From assembly GCA_026387175.1 (NCBI GenBank), contig JAPLME010000008.1:149883-213882 (forward strand): DNA of 64,000 bases. The letters are read 5' to 3'. This DNA comes from Candidatus Omnitrophota bacterium. GTDB taxonomy: Bacteria > Omnitrophota > Gorgyraeia > 2-01-FULL-45-10. Below the pieces are notes generated by a model. It was not told where the DNA came from. It worked only from the letters and a program-made list of their open reading frames with translations, and did not search any database. The translations under genes and the position numbers were made by a program. How positions within the stretch are numbered: the stretch's first letter is position 1; each line of letters opens with the position of its first letter. Below, in pieces: positions 50,560-60,123 of this stretch.

Positions 50560-51324
50560 GTGACTTTGCCTCAGGCTGTTATATTGGGAGTGGTCCAGGG
50601 CATAACGGAATTCTTCCCCATATCGAGCTCGGGTCACCTTGTGATAATACAGGGCATCTTCGGCATAAAAGGGCCGCAGCTCGCCTTTGACATATTTCTG
50701 CATCTCGGCACGCTCGTTTCCATCCTTCTATATTTCCATAAAGATATATTGAATATAATAGCCAAAGAGAGACGCACGGCCTTCTATATAGTTCTTGCCT
50801 CGGTACCTACATTTGTGATAGGTATGATGTTCAAGGATGCCGCGGAAGAATTGTTTACCAGGCCTCATCTCGTCGGATACATGCTCCTGGCGACAGGGCT
50901 GTGTCTGATAATCGCGGCTATCTATGATAAGTTCAAGGGAGCCGAAAGCCCTAAGAAGATAGGATTTATTAATTCTATCATAATAGGTGTAAGCCAGGGC
51001 ATCGCCGTTATCCCCGGCATATCGCGATCGGGCGCGACGATCGGCGCCGGGATCTTATCCGGAATAGACAAAGAGACGGCGGTTAAATTCTCTTTTTTAC
51101 TTGCTATACCGGCGATACTCGGGGCTAGCCTTTTGAAGTGCGGTAAAATAGAGGCCGGTCTTGTATCGGGAGATTCTTTATATTTTCTGGCAGGCTCTAT
51201 GACGGCGATGGTCACAGGGCTTGCTTCCATAGGTATCCTGCTTAAGATGGTGAAGACGAATAAACTCTATATTTTCGGGATCTATTGTATCTTAGCCGCG
51301 TCTATCGTCATAACGCAACTATAA
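50560..51324 (+). CDS. uppP: undecaprenyl-diphosphatase
   Basis: VVQGITEFFPISSSGH and GISRSGATI motifs. Confidence 0.85.
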   Translation: MTLPQAVILGVVQGITEFFPISSSGHLVIIQGIFGIKGPQLAFDIFLHLGTLVSILLYFHKDILNIIAKERRTAFYIVLASVPTFVIGMMFKDAAEELFTRPHLVGYMLLATGLCLIIAAIYDKFKGAESPKKIGFINSIIIGVSQGIAVIPGISRSGATIGAGILSGIDKETAVKFSFLLAIPAILGASLLKCGKIEAGLVSGDSLYFLAGSMTAMVTGLASIGILLKMVKTNKLYIFGIYCILAASIVITQL

Positions 51325-51327
51325 TAT

Positions 51328-53565
51328 ATGGGCATAAAAAAGAATAATAACGATAATCCCCGCGAAAATCGCAAATGGAACGAGATTCAGGCGGTACTGC
51401 TTTTTGCCGCGGCCATTCTCATATTCATCGCGCTCGCAAGCTCCAATTTCTCTGACCTTAAACAGTTTACCTCAAGACCAAATATGCCTGTAAGGAATTA
51501 CGCCGGAATACTAGGCGCCTATTTCGGTTCGTCGCTATTTTTTGTTATGGGCTTAAGCTCGTATGTTATGCCGCTCCTGGTCCTCTCATGGGCGGTAGCG
51601 AGGCTTTATGGTATCACCCCTCAGAAGGTGCATTTTAAGATATTCGGCACATTCTTTCTGATACTCGCCTCAAGCTCATTATTTTCGATAATAGGAAGCG
51701 GCGGCAACTCGTTTCGTTTCGGCCTGGGGGGGATAGTGGGCCTGGTATTTTCGGATTTCCTGATAAAATATTTGGGAAAGCTCGGCGCGATCCTCGTGAT
51801 AGCGGTGCTCTTTCTGCTCTCGCTTCTCCTGGCTACGGAATTCCTTCTCCTGCCGTTCCTTTCAGGGATGTACAGAAGGTTCAGGGGGTTACCGGCCGAT
51901 ATCAAAGAGAGGGTGTTTGTCAGGCCCGAAGCCTCGGGGCCGATCCTCACCAGAAAGCCGGTGATAAATATCGGTTCACAGAGCTCGAAAGAGAAGAAGG
52001 AATTATCTCCGAGGATAATTACGGCCGAGCCCGCGCCGGATAGGGTGCCAGTTAAAACAGCCGCCCCTCAGCCATCGCCAAAACATGCGGTCTCAGTTTC
52101 CGGCAAAAGCGACGCGGAAGGCCTGGGCTATAAGCTGCCGGGACTGGATCTTTTGGATGCGCCGCCACCGATCGAGAGTCGTAAAATTAAAGAGGATTTC
52201 GAGGCCATTGCCCGCATACTTGAAGAGACATTGCTCGATTTCGGCATAGAGGGTAAAGTAGTCGAAATAAATAAGGGGCCCGTAATAACCAGGTATGAGC
52301 TTGAGCCCGCTCCGGGAGTAAAGGTCCACAGGATAACTTCGCTCAGCGACAATATAGCGCTTGCGATGAAGGCCGAGAGCGTCAGGATAGTCGCTCCTAT
52401 ACCAGGCAAGGGCACGATAGGTTTTGAGGTGCCGAATTCTAAAAGCGCGCTTGTATTTTTGAGGGAAGTGCTTGATTCTAAAGAGTACAGGGATAATGAC
52501 TCAGTGCTTAAGCTGGCGCTTGGGAAGGATATAGCGGGCACTCCCGTCATCGCGGATCTCGCCAAGATGCCGCATCTCCTGATAGCGGGAGCGACGGGGT
52601 CGGGCAAGACGGTGTGCGTCAACTCCGCGATCATAAGCCTTTTATTCAATTCGACGCCTGATGATCTCAGATTTATAATGGTCGATCCGAAGAGGGTTGA
52701 ACTTGCCGTCTTCAATGAACTGCCCCACCTGCTCTCTCCCGTAGTTACCGATGTCAAGAAGGTCGCGAGCACGCTGGCATGGGTGGTAAACGAGATGGAT
52801 TCGAGATACGAATTATTTGCCAAGTCCGGGGTCCGTAATATAGCCCTTTACAATGAGAAGTTCAAGGGCGCTTCTTCCGGGCCGTCCGATGGCTGTCCGG
52901 CGAAACTTCCATATATAGTGGTGGTCATAGACGAGCTTGCCGATCTGATGATGGTGGCGCGCGAGGACGTGGAGAGCACCATTACCAGGTTAGCGCAATT
53001 GTCGCGAGCTGTCGGCATACATATGATAATCGCCACGCAGAGGCCGTCCGTGGACGTCATAACAGGTATTATAAAGGCCAATTTCCCGGCAAGAATTTCG
53101 TTTAAGGTGGCATCAAAGGTCGACTCCAGGACCGTCCTTGACATTAACGGCGCGGATATGCTTCTCGGGAGAGGGGATATGCTCTTTATCGAGCCCGGAG
53201 CCACGAGGCCTGTTAGGGCGCAGTGCAGTTTAATATCCGATAAGGAGATAGAAAATATCACTAAATTCATAAAAGCCCAGAGGACTGTACAATATGCAGA
53301 TGACATCGTGGAAGTGCAGAAGAAGCCGGGCGGATTCAAGAAGTTTGATAAAGATGAGGTTTATGAGGAGGCAGTGAGGCTTATCCTTGAATCGAAGCAA
53401 GCCTCTGTTTCGGTGCTCCAGAGAAGGCTGGGGCTTGGTTATACGCGCGCTGCCCGCTTGATAGATATGATGGAGGATGAGGGCATTGTAGGCCCGTATC
53501 AGGGATCTAAGCCTAGGGACCTTCTAACGACCTTAGAGGAGTACCAGACAAAAAATGGCGAATGA
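51328..53565 (+). CDS. ftsK: DNA translocase FtsK
   Basis: N-terminal TM helices, Pro-rich linker, ATPase GATGSGKTV / VVVIDELADL, and C-terminal gamma winged helix. Confidence 0.9.
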   Translation: MGIKKNNNDNPRENRKWNEIQAVLLFAAAILIFIALASSNFSDLKQFTSRPNMPVRNYAGILGAYFGSSLFFVMGLSSYVMPLLVLSWAVARLYGITPQKVHFKIFGTFFLILASSSLFSIIGSGGNSFRFGLGGIVGLVFSDFLIKYLGKLGAILVIAVLFLLSLLLATEFLLLPFLSGMYRRFRGLPADIKERVFVRPEASGPILTRKPVINIGSQSSKEKKELSPRIITAEPAPDRVPVKTAAPQPSPKHAVSVSGKSDAEGLGYKLPGLDLLDAPPPIESRKIKEDFEAIARILEETLLDFGIEGKVVEINKGPVITRYELEPAPGVKVHRITSLSDNIALAMKAESVRIVAPIPGKGTIGFEVPNSKSALVFLREVLDSKEYRDNDSVLKLALGKDIAGTPVIADLAKMPHLLIAGATGSGKTVCVNSAIISLLFNSTPDDLRFIMVDPKRVELAVFNELPHLLSPVVTDVKKVASTLAWVVNEMDSRYELFAKSGVRNIALYNEKFKGASSGPSDGCPAKLPYIVVVIDELADLMMVAREDVESTITRLAQLSRAVGIHMIIATQRPSVDVITGIIKANFPARISFKVASKVDSRTVLDINGADMLLGRGDMLFIEPGATRPVRAQCSLISDKEIENITKFIKAQRTVQYADDIVEVQKKPGGFKKFDKDEVYEEAVRLILESKQASVSVLQRRLGLGYTRAARLIDMMEDEGIVGPYQGSKPRDLLTTLEEYQTKNGE

Positions 53566-54361
53566 TATTAAGTTTAACGATATATTGAATATGTCCGCTC
53601 TCGGTGATAAGTTAAGAGAGGTCAGGGAGGGAAAGAACATTACTCTCGGCCAGGCCCAGAAACAGACGCGAATCCACCAGGCCGTATTGAAGGCTCTCGA
53701 GGACGGTAAATGCGACAGCATTCTTAATCCCACCTACGTAAAGAGCTTCCTGAAGAAATATGCCGATTATCTTGGCGTCGACTCCCGACAGGTGATGAGT
53801 GAATACAAGAGGCTGTGCCCTGAGGCCGAATCCGAGACGGTGAATAAACTGCCCGAACCGCGAGATGCGTCAAAAGGTCCGTCGAGCGTCTTTCCTTTTA
53901 TCAGGCTTATCGTAGTCATAGTTGTGGCGGTCGCGATGATAACGCTTGCGTTAGGCAAGGTAATGCCGTATTTTAGAAAACAGGGAATATCGAGACCTGT
54001 CCCTGTATCTAAAGTTAAACAGCCGGCTACCCGATCCAAATCTTCAAAAAAAGTTTCAAAGGAAAATGCAGCTCCAAAGGAAGATGCGGGAATAGTCATT
54101 CCAAAGAACGTTCAGCTGAAACTGCTGTTAAAAGTAAACAAGACCGTGATGATAAAAATGAGGACCGATGGGGTGCTCCTCTTCGAGCGCGTGCTCTCAA
54201 AAGGCACAGCGGAGATATTCACGGCGGAAAAGAGCATAAATATATATGCTGCCGATGGATCGTCGATAGAGCTCGTCCTGAACGGCAAACAGATGGGCTC
54301 TCCCGGTAAAGGCATCCTGAAGAATATAGAGATCACAAGAACCGGCATCAAGATAAAGTAA
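53555..54361 (+). CDS. RodZ-like cytoskeletal protein (HTH_XRE + TM + C-terminal domain)
   Basis: N-terminal HTH (LGDKLREVREGKNITLGQAQKQTRI), a single TM (FIRLIVVIVVAVAMI), and a C-terminal beta-rich domain. Confidence 0.6.
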   Translation: MANDIKFNDILNMSALGDKLREVREGKNITLGQAQKQTRIHQAVLKALEDGKCDSILNPTYVKSFLKKYADYLGVDSRQVMSEYKRLCPEAESETVNKLPEPRDASKGPSSVFPFIRLIVVIVVAVAMITLALGKVMPYFRKQGISRPVPVSKVKQPATRSKSSKKVSKENAAPKEDAGIVIPKNVQLKLLLKVNKTVMIKMRTDGVLLFERVLSKGTAEIFTAEKSINIYAADGSSIELVLNGKQMGSPGKGILKNIEITRTGIKIK

Positions 54362-54387
54362 TACCTTCTTAACCCCCGCTTAACCCT

Positions 54388-55734
54388 ATGAAAAAATTCG
54401 CTATAATCAGCTTGGGCTGTCCGAGAAATCTCGTAGACTCAGAGGTCATGGCCGGCCATCTTAAAGCGAGCGGTCTTAAAATGAGTCCGCTCGAAGACGG
54501 TGTCGACGTGGTTGTGGTAAATACATGCGCTTTCGTAGAGAGCGCGAGAGAAGAGTCGATAGAAGCAATAATCGAAGCCGGAGATCTTAAGAAAAAGGGA
54601 AAGGCTAAATACCTGGTGATCTCTGGGTGTCTGGGCCAGATGTATAAGAATAAGTTGGCCGATAAGCTTCCGGAGGCGGACCTTATCATAGGCACGAGCG
54701 ATTTTCCTAGAATATCCGGACTTCTAATGGAAATAAAGAAGAGAAAGAACCGCTCCGCGATATCTTCACATCTTAGTTATCTTTATAATGAAAATTCCCC
54801 GAGATTGCCATTCACGCCCAAACACTACGCCTATATAAAGATATCAGAGGGTTGCAGTAATTGCTGCAGCTACTGTGTGATATCGCGTCTCAGGGGAGAT
54901 TTTAGATCAAGGCTCCTCGGATCTGTTGTCGCGGAAGTGCGTGACCTTGCCCGCTGGAACACATTGAAAGAAATAGAGTTAATAGGTCAGGACACGACCT
55001 TGTTCGGAGCCGACAGGCATGGCAGGAGAGAGCTGCCGCGGCTATTGCGCGAGCTATCGAAACTGGAAAATAGCATAAAATGGATCCGGCTCCTTTACAC
55101 GCATCCGGCCCATTATACCGACGAGCTAATCGACGTGATTGGGTCCGAAGGGAAGATATGCAAATATCTGGATTTGCCTATACAGCACATAAGTGATAAA
55201 GTGCTCCGCCTTATGAACAGAAAGACCACAAAAAAAGAGATCACAAAGCTTATACATATTTTGCGAAAGAAGATCCCCGGGCTTGTGCTGAGGACGTCGA
55301 TAATAACAGGCTTCCCCGGAGAGACGGATAAAGATTTTAAGGAGCTTTTAAAGTTTCTGGCCGATATAAAATTTGACGCCCTCGGAGCTTTTATTTATTC
55401 CAGGGAAGAAGGGACGCGCGCTTCACGTCTTAAGGACCAGGTTAGCGAGGGCCTTAAGCAGGAGAGATATGATCAGGTTATGAAATTGCAGCAGGCCATA
55501 TCGATCGGTTCCAAGAGGAAATTTCTGGGAAAGATAGTTGATGTTTTAATTGACGAAAAGGCATCCGGGGAGGATAATAAAGTTTCTAATAGCTTCATAG
55601 GGCGTACGCAAGGCGACGCGCCGGAGATCGACGGGGTGGTCTATCTCACCGGTAAAGGCGTTAAGGTGGGGGATTTTTGTAAAGTCAGAATAACGGATAC
55701 GCTCGAGTACGATCTTATCGGAGAAAAAGCATGA
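54388..55734 (+). CDS. rimO: ribosomal protein S12 methylthiotransferase (radical-SAM MTTase)
   Basis: N-terminal MTTase Cys (ISLGCPRNLVDSE...NTCAF), radical SAM motif CSNCCSYC, and a C-terminal TRAM domain. Confidence 0.8.
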   Translation: MKKFAIISLGCPRNLVDSEVMAGHLKASGLKMSPLEDGVDVVVVNTCAFVESAREESIEAIIEAGDLKKKGKAKYLVISGCLGQMYKNKLADKLPEADLIIGTSDFPRISGLLMEIKKRKNRSAISSHLSYLYNENSPRLPFTPKHYAYIKISEGCSNCCSYCVISRLRGDFRSRLLGSVVAEVRDLARWNTLKEIELIGQDTTLFGADRHGRRELPRLLRELSKLENSIKWIRLLYTHPAHYTDELIDVIGSEGKICKYLDLPIQHISDKVLRLMNRKTTKKEITKLIHILRKKIPGLVLRTSIITGFPGETDKDFKELLKFLADIKFDALGAFIYSREEGTRASRLKDQVSEGLKQERYDQVMKLQQAISIGSKRKFLGKIVDVLIDEKASGEDNKVSNSFIGRTQGDAPEIDGVVYLTGKGVKVGDFCKVRITDTLEYDLIGEKA

Positions 55735-56321
55735 ACCTTCCTAATAAGTTGACGATGATGAGGATAGTGCTTGCGTTTATATTCATAATATTCTTATTTA
55801 CGCCGGGGTTGACCGCCAAGATATTAGCGCTCGCGGCGTTTCTTTTGGCTTCCGGCACGGATCTCCTCGACGGGTATCTAGCGAAAAAGAATAACCAGAT
55901 AACAGATTTTGGCCGACTGATGGATCCGATAGCCGATAAGATACTGATACTATCCGCATTCCTTGCTTTCGTGCAGATGCAGCTCGTACCTGCCTGGATG
56001 GTGGTAATCATAATATTCAGAGAGATCGCTGTCAGCGGCTTAAGGGCCCTGGCTATGGCCAAAGGTAAAGTGATAGCAGCAGACCGGGGCGGGAAACACA
56101 AGACAGCCTGCCAGGTCTTCGCTATATTCGTCATACTGCTTTTGATAATATTCAGGGAAGCGCCGTCGGCGTCTTTAAGTTTCTGGTCCAAAAGCGCGGA
56201 GAACATTTATAAGGACGCGATATTCGCGCTGATGCTTATTACGGTGACATTGACGCTGATAAGCGGCGTATCATATCTTTTGAAAAACAGGGAGGTCTAC
56301 TCAAATGCGAAAGAAAGTTGA
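55731..56321 (+). CDS. pgsA: CDP-diacylglycerol--glycerol-3-phosphate 3-phosphatidyltransferase
   Basis: CDP-alcohol phosphatidyltransferase motif DGYLAKK...G..DPIADK. Confidence 0.8.
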   Translation: MNLPNKLTMMRIVLAFIFIIFLFTPGLTAKILALAAFLLASGTDLLDGYLAKKNNQITDFGRLMDPIADKILILSAFLAFVQMQLVPAWMVVIIIFREIAVSGLRALAMAKGKVIAADRGGKHKTACQVFAIFVILLLIIFREAPSASLSFWSKSAENIYKDAIFALMLITVTLTLISGVSYLLKNREVYSNAKES

Positions 56322-56757
56322 GCTCATAACGAGTTTCTTCTATCTCGGCCATTCACCGTTCATGCCGGGCACGATGGGTTCGCTTGGCGGACTCATAGTA
56401 TATTTTCTTGTGCGTAATAATGATATCTTATATGCCTTTTCAATCCTATTCTTATTTACGCTCGGAGTCCTATTCGCCGGCGAGGCGGAAAAAGTATATA
56501 AGAGGAAGGACCCGTCAATGATAGTTATAGATGAGGCATGCGGAATGCTTCTGGCGTTATTCTTAGTGCCGTTTAATCTATATTCCGTTATTCTTGGATT
56601 CTTCATCTTTCGTATATTTGACATATTGAAGCCGCCGCCTGCCAGAAGGATTGAGAAGCTGGCAGGTTCTCTCGGAATAATGTTTGATGATATAATAGCC
56701 GCGCTATATACCAACATAATCCTACAGATAGTCTTCAGAAATTTCAGCATGAATTAA
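56305..56757 (+). CDS. pgpA: phosphatidylglycerophosphatase A
   Basis: 150 aa with the PgpA-like IFDILKPPP motif. Confidence 0.7.
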   Translation: MRKKVELITSFFYLGHSPFMPGTMGSLGGLIVYFLVRNNDILYAFSILFLFTLGVLFAGEAEKVYKRKDPSMIVIDEACGMLLALFLVPFNLYSVILGFFIFRIFDILKPPPARRIEKLAGSLGIMFDDIIAALYTNIILQIVFRNFSMN

Positions 56758-56820
56758 GGAATAAAAAAGTAAGATATTTGATATTGCTAATATCATAAGC
56801 TATGGTATACTCATTTTACT

Positions 56821-59800
56821 ATGTTTGTTAAAAGAACAAAAATAATATCGGCGTTTCTTGTAGTGGCATTTTTTGTCCAGGATTTATCATGGGCATATCC
56901 GGACCATTTTGCCTATGACCGCCCTTCCAATAATAAATTGGCGCCGGCGCCTTTCAGCGAAAGAGTATCTCCTGAAGACATAACGAAATCTCTCATCTTA
57001 GTAATAGAGCAAAATCACCATGTTTCAATAAAGAGCCTTGTGCTTGATGGTGTAGAAGCCATACTGAATGAATATCAGGAATTCCTGAAGCAAAATAGCA
57101 TAAGTTTTTTAAAAAAGCCCAGAGAAATTAGAATAAATATTAATCCAAATATTATTTTGCGCTATACCGATCATGCCATGCCGCTAGATGGTATATCTGG
57201 CTTCAAGGTCGGATCTCAAGAAAAGACAGGGGCTCTTGTAAGGCAGATTTTAATAAGAATTGAAAAGAGACCCACGCTACGTTCAAGGCAGCTTCAGCTT
57301 GATTTTGGATCGCCCGCAAAAGAAACCGTCGCAGAAGGAGAAAAAACGGCAGAAACTCCTGTAGCCCCTGCAACGCAGGGAGAAATTAAGAATAAACCCC
57401 GTGTATCTATTATGCTGTTTCAGGATATCGCAAGACTGGATTCAAAGATAACGAATGCCGTTATATCGTCTATGAATATGCTGGAAGATAGAATGCACCG
57501 CTCGCGTGTGGTTATGGGGGCAATAGATGTTTTACGGGATGATATTATCGGATATGGCCATGTCAGGGCCGATGCCTTTGAACGGTTTTCGAAAAAAGTA
57601 TCAGGTGTTTTGGACAGATGGATAATGAGCGATAAAGGGAAGGAGACAATCCGCGGCAGACTGGCCAAAATAAGCCTCAAGATAAACGAGAGGGACGATT
57701 TATTGAAAGGCATAGATATATCCTATTATGGTTTGGCAAGAGAGCTGAAAGGCGAAAAAGGCGCGCAGCAAATTATATTCCTGCTGCTTAGTATAGAGGC
57801 GGGGCTTAGGGAAGTGGCGGAAGCGATGGATGAGCACAGCAGGCTGAAATCGAGATTTAATGTAATTGCGGCTGACTTGAAAGCGATTCGTAAGTGGATG
57901 AGCATAAGAGGCGAACGCCCAGGAAAGGATTTAACAAGTTGCGAAAAGGCGTTGAAAGCGATGGCGAAACATGCGCCTCTCCAGCTTCATGATCAAATTT
58001 TGAATTTAACGGATAAAATAGCAGTTTTAAAGCCATTCGTAGAAAGTGTATGGGAAGTTAAGCCGCCTGCCGGATCGGTACCCGGCGTATTTAAATATTT
58101 ATGCTCGCCAGATATCCAATCGTTTGAAAGACCTCCTCGCGCCGATGAGGTTGCCGATAACCTCGGTCGGTCGTATGATACGATAAGGCGCGATCTGTGG
58201 GACCTCTATTACCATCTTCATCTTCTCGATAAGGTAGACGTTAGGGAATCGGGCAGGGATGCTCGCTATTATGTCCCCGAACGCGTTAAGAATAAGTATG
58301 ATGACATATACCCGATCCTGAACCAGTTCATCGGTAAAAAACTCCGTCCCACAATAAAAGATCTCGAAAGCGCATATAGGGCTATTATCAATCTTATAGG
58401 TGTCCGCGATCCAACCACAGGCAAATTCAATTTGGTCTCTATATCAAAACGCACTGATTACAAAGGCAGATTTAATATTAATATCTTCGGCGATGGAAAA
58501 ATCCAGTTTAATATCGGTACCGGCTATTCGTTAAAAAATATTGAGCTCATCCCGTTAACCGATAACTGGCGGGAAGGCTTTGAAGTCTACCATCAGAGTA
58601 ATCTGATAGGTACGTGCGATCCATCCACCGGCGAATTTAGCCCGATTCAAGAGGTCCGGAAACCGGGCGAAGACCGCCGGTTCAATCTGGACAGAGTTCG
58701 CTATATTCTCCTCGATGCAGGCTACGCTAGCGGTGGTGCGAATAGGGAAATCAGGATCATTGCCTTTGACGGTTTCGACTGGACTAGCGGTTTTAAGGTC
58801 TATCATCTGGACAGAGAAATTGCCTCTTATGATAAAAAGCGCAATGTTATGATCGGCATGTCTGTCGCCGGAAGATTGAGACCACCAGGCGCGCGGGCTA
58901 GGGTGCTGCTACAAATGCAAATTCCGAATAAAGACACCAATAAAAACGGAAGGGCGTTTACAGCTGAAATAAGTAATTTTATAATTAAACATCGGTCGAT
59001 TCTTGGCACGAGAGAAAAAGATATAGAGACTATCCTTGACGAAGTAGGTCTTAATATCATGGAGCATGGCAATGGCGGCGAGATAATGGTAGAAACTGAA
59101 AAATCTGCGGATGGCAGATTACGATTAAAGATAATCGGGAAAGATAAAGGGAGCGGTCTTCCGGCCTCGCCGGACGAGCTTGTAAAAACTAGCCTTGCCT
59201 CGCGGAAACGCTTTGAACGCGAACCTGATGCAGATGATAAAGACATTATGGTGAGAGGGCGGGGGTTTTCGAGAATAGCACTCGGTCCTGACAGTGTAAC
59301 TATTGAATATCAGGGGAAGAGGTTTGTCAGGTTTACGGATAATAAGGATGCCGGCTCGTGGTTTCGTGAAGAAAACGTCGCAGGCAGTAGCGCAAAGGGT
59401 ACAAATTTTGAGCTTAAATTTGAGTTGGGACGCGAACTCACCTCATGGGGGCCTGAAGCGGAGACGCTTGCTGATATACATGATCTGTTTAACATTAAAA
59501 TTCCATCTCGAACAAATGATAATACAAAAATATTATTATCCGAAAATCTGTTTATAAAAAATAGTAATGAGACAGAGCTGATTCAGGTCAGGATAGCGCT
59601 CGCGTCGCTCCTCAATAGCGGAAATATTGCAATTATGAAACCGGATGAGATGAGAAGGGCCGCGATGAATCGGCATGTCTCAAAGGACAAACTTGCGACA
59701 GTTTTTACCGAAGAAGATTTCAATAATAAAGGGATATGGAATGGTTGTGACAAAGAAGCATCGCTCAGGTCAAGTGTCCTGATACTTGGTGACAGGCTAA

Positions 59801-60069
59801 TGGGCAATAATTATCTGTATCTGGAAGGCGTTATAGGTCTTGCACGGGCGATGATGGTGAATAACAAGTATGCGGTTAGAAAATACTATGATTTGATATC
59901 GGGTACTGTTATAGATAATGAGATGATGAAATTATTAAATGAGGATGATCAAAATAATCTTTCTTTCGCTATCAGGGCCGTACTAAGATTTAAGCCCATA
60001 ACCAGGACCGATCCGGAAGACTTGAATGAGCTAAAGATCAGGATGGAGAAGTTCTTAATCGCCGCTTAA
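56821..60069 (+). CDS. large hypothetical membrane-anchored protein (1082 aa) with a GHKL/HATPase_c-like ATP-binding motif; AT-richer than its surroundings
   Basis: N-terminal hydrophobic anchor IISAFLVVAFFV. Around residues 735-790 it has an N-box-like NIMEHGNGGEIMVE and G1-box-like IIGKDKGSGL. No overall family recognised. Its own promoter is TGGTATACT (extended -10) at ~56806. Confidence 0.6.
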   Translation: MFVKRTKIISAFLVVAFFVQDLSWAYPDHFAYDRPSNNKLAPAPFSERVSPEDITKSLILVIEQNHHVSIKSLVLDGVEAILNEYQEFLKQNSISFLKKPREIRININPNIILRYTDHAMPLDGISGFKVGSQEKTGALVRQILIRIEKRPTLRSRQLQLDFGSPAKETVAEGEKTAETPVAPATQGEIKNKPRVSIMLFQDIARLDSKITNAVISSMNMLEDRMHRSRVVMGAIDVLRDDIIGYGHVRADAFERFSKKVSGVLDRWIMSDKGKETIRGRLAKISLKINERDDLLKGIDISYYGLARELKGEKGAQQIIFLLLSIEAGLREVAEAMDEHSRLKSRFNVIAADLKAIRKWMSIRGERPGKDLTSCEKALKAMAKHAPLQLHDQILNLTDKIAVLKPFVESVWEVKPPAGSVPGVFKYLCSPDIQSFERPPRADEVADNLGRSYDTIRRDLWDLYYHLHLLDKVDVRESGRDARYYVPERVKNKYDDIYPILNQFIGKKLRPTIKDLESAYRAIINLIGVRDPTTGKFNLVSISKRTDYKGRFNINIFGDGKIQFNIGTGYSLKNIELIPLTDNWREGFEVYHQSNLIGTCDPSTGEFSPIQEVRKPGEDRRFNLDRVRYILLDAGYASGGANREIRIIAFDGFDWTSGFKVYHLDREIASYDKKRNVMIGMSVAGRLRPPGARARVLLQMQIPNKDTNKNGRAFTAEISNFIIKHRSILGTREKDIETILDEVGLNIMEHGNGGEIMVETEKSADGRLRLKIIGKDKGSGLPASPDELVKTSLASRKRFEREPDADDKDIMVRGRGFSRIALGPDSVTIEYQGKRFVRFTDNKDAGSWFREENVAGSSAKGTNFELKFELGRELTSWGPEAETLADIHDLFNIKIPSRTNDNTKILLSENLFIKNSNETELIQVRIALASLLNSGNIAIMKPDEMRRAAMNRHVSKDKLATVFTEEDFNNKGIWNGCDKEASLRSSVLILGDRLMGNNYLYLEGVIGLARAMMVNNKYAVRKYYDLISGTVIDNEMMKLLNEDDQNNLSFAIRAVLRFKPITRTDPEDLNELKIRMEKFLIAA

Positions 60070-60123
60070 ACACAGGTTACCGATCTGCTGGTATTTTCAT
60101 ATCGAAATGGTATAATATTCAGC

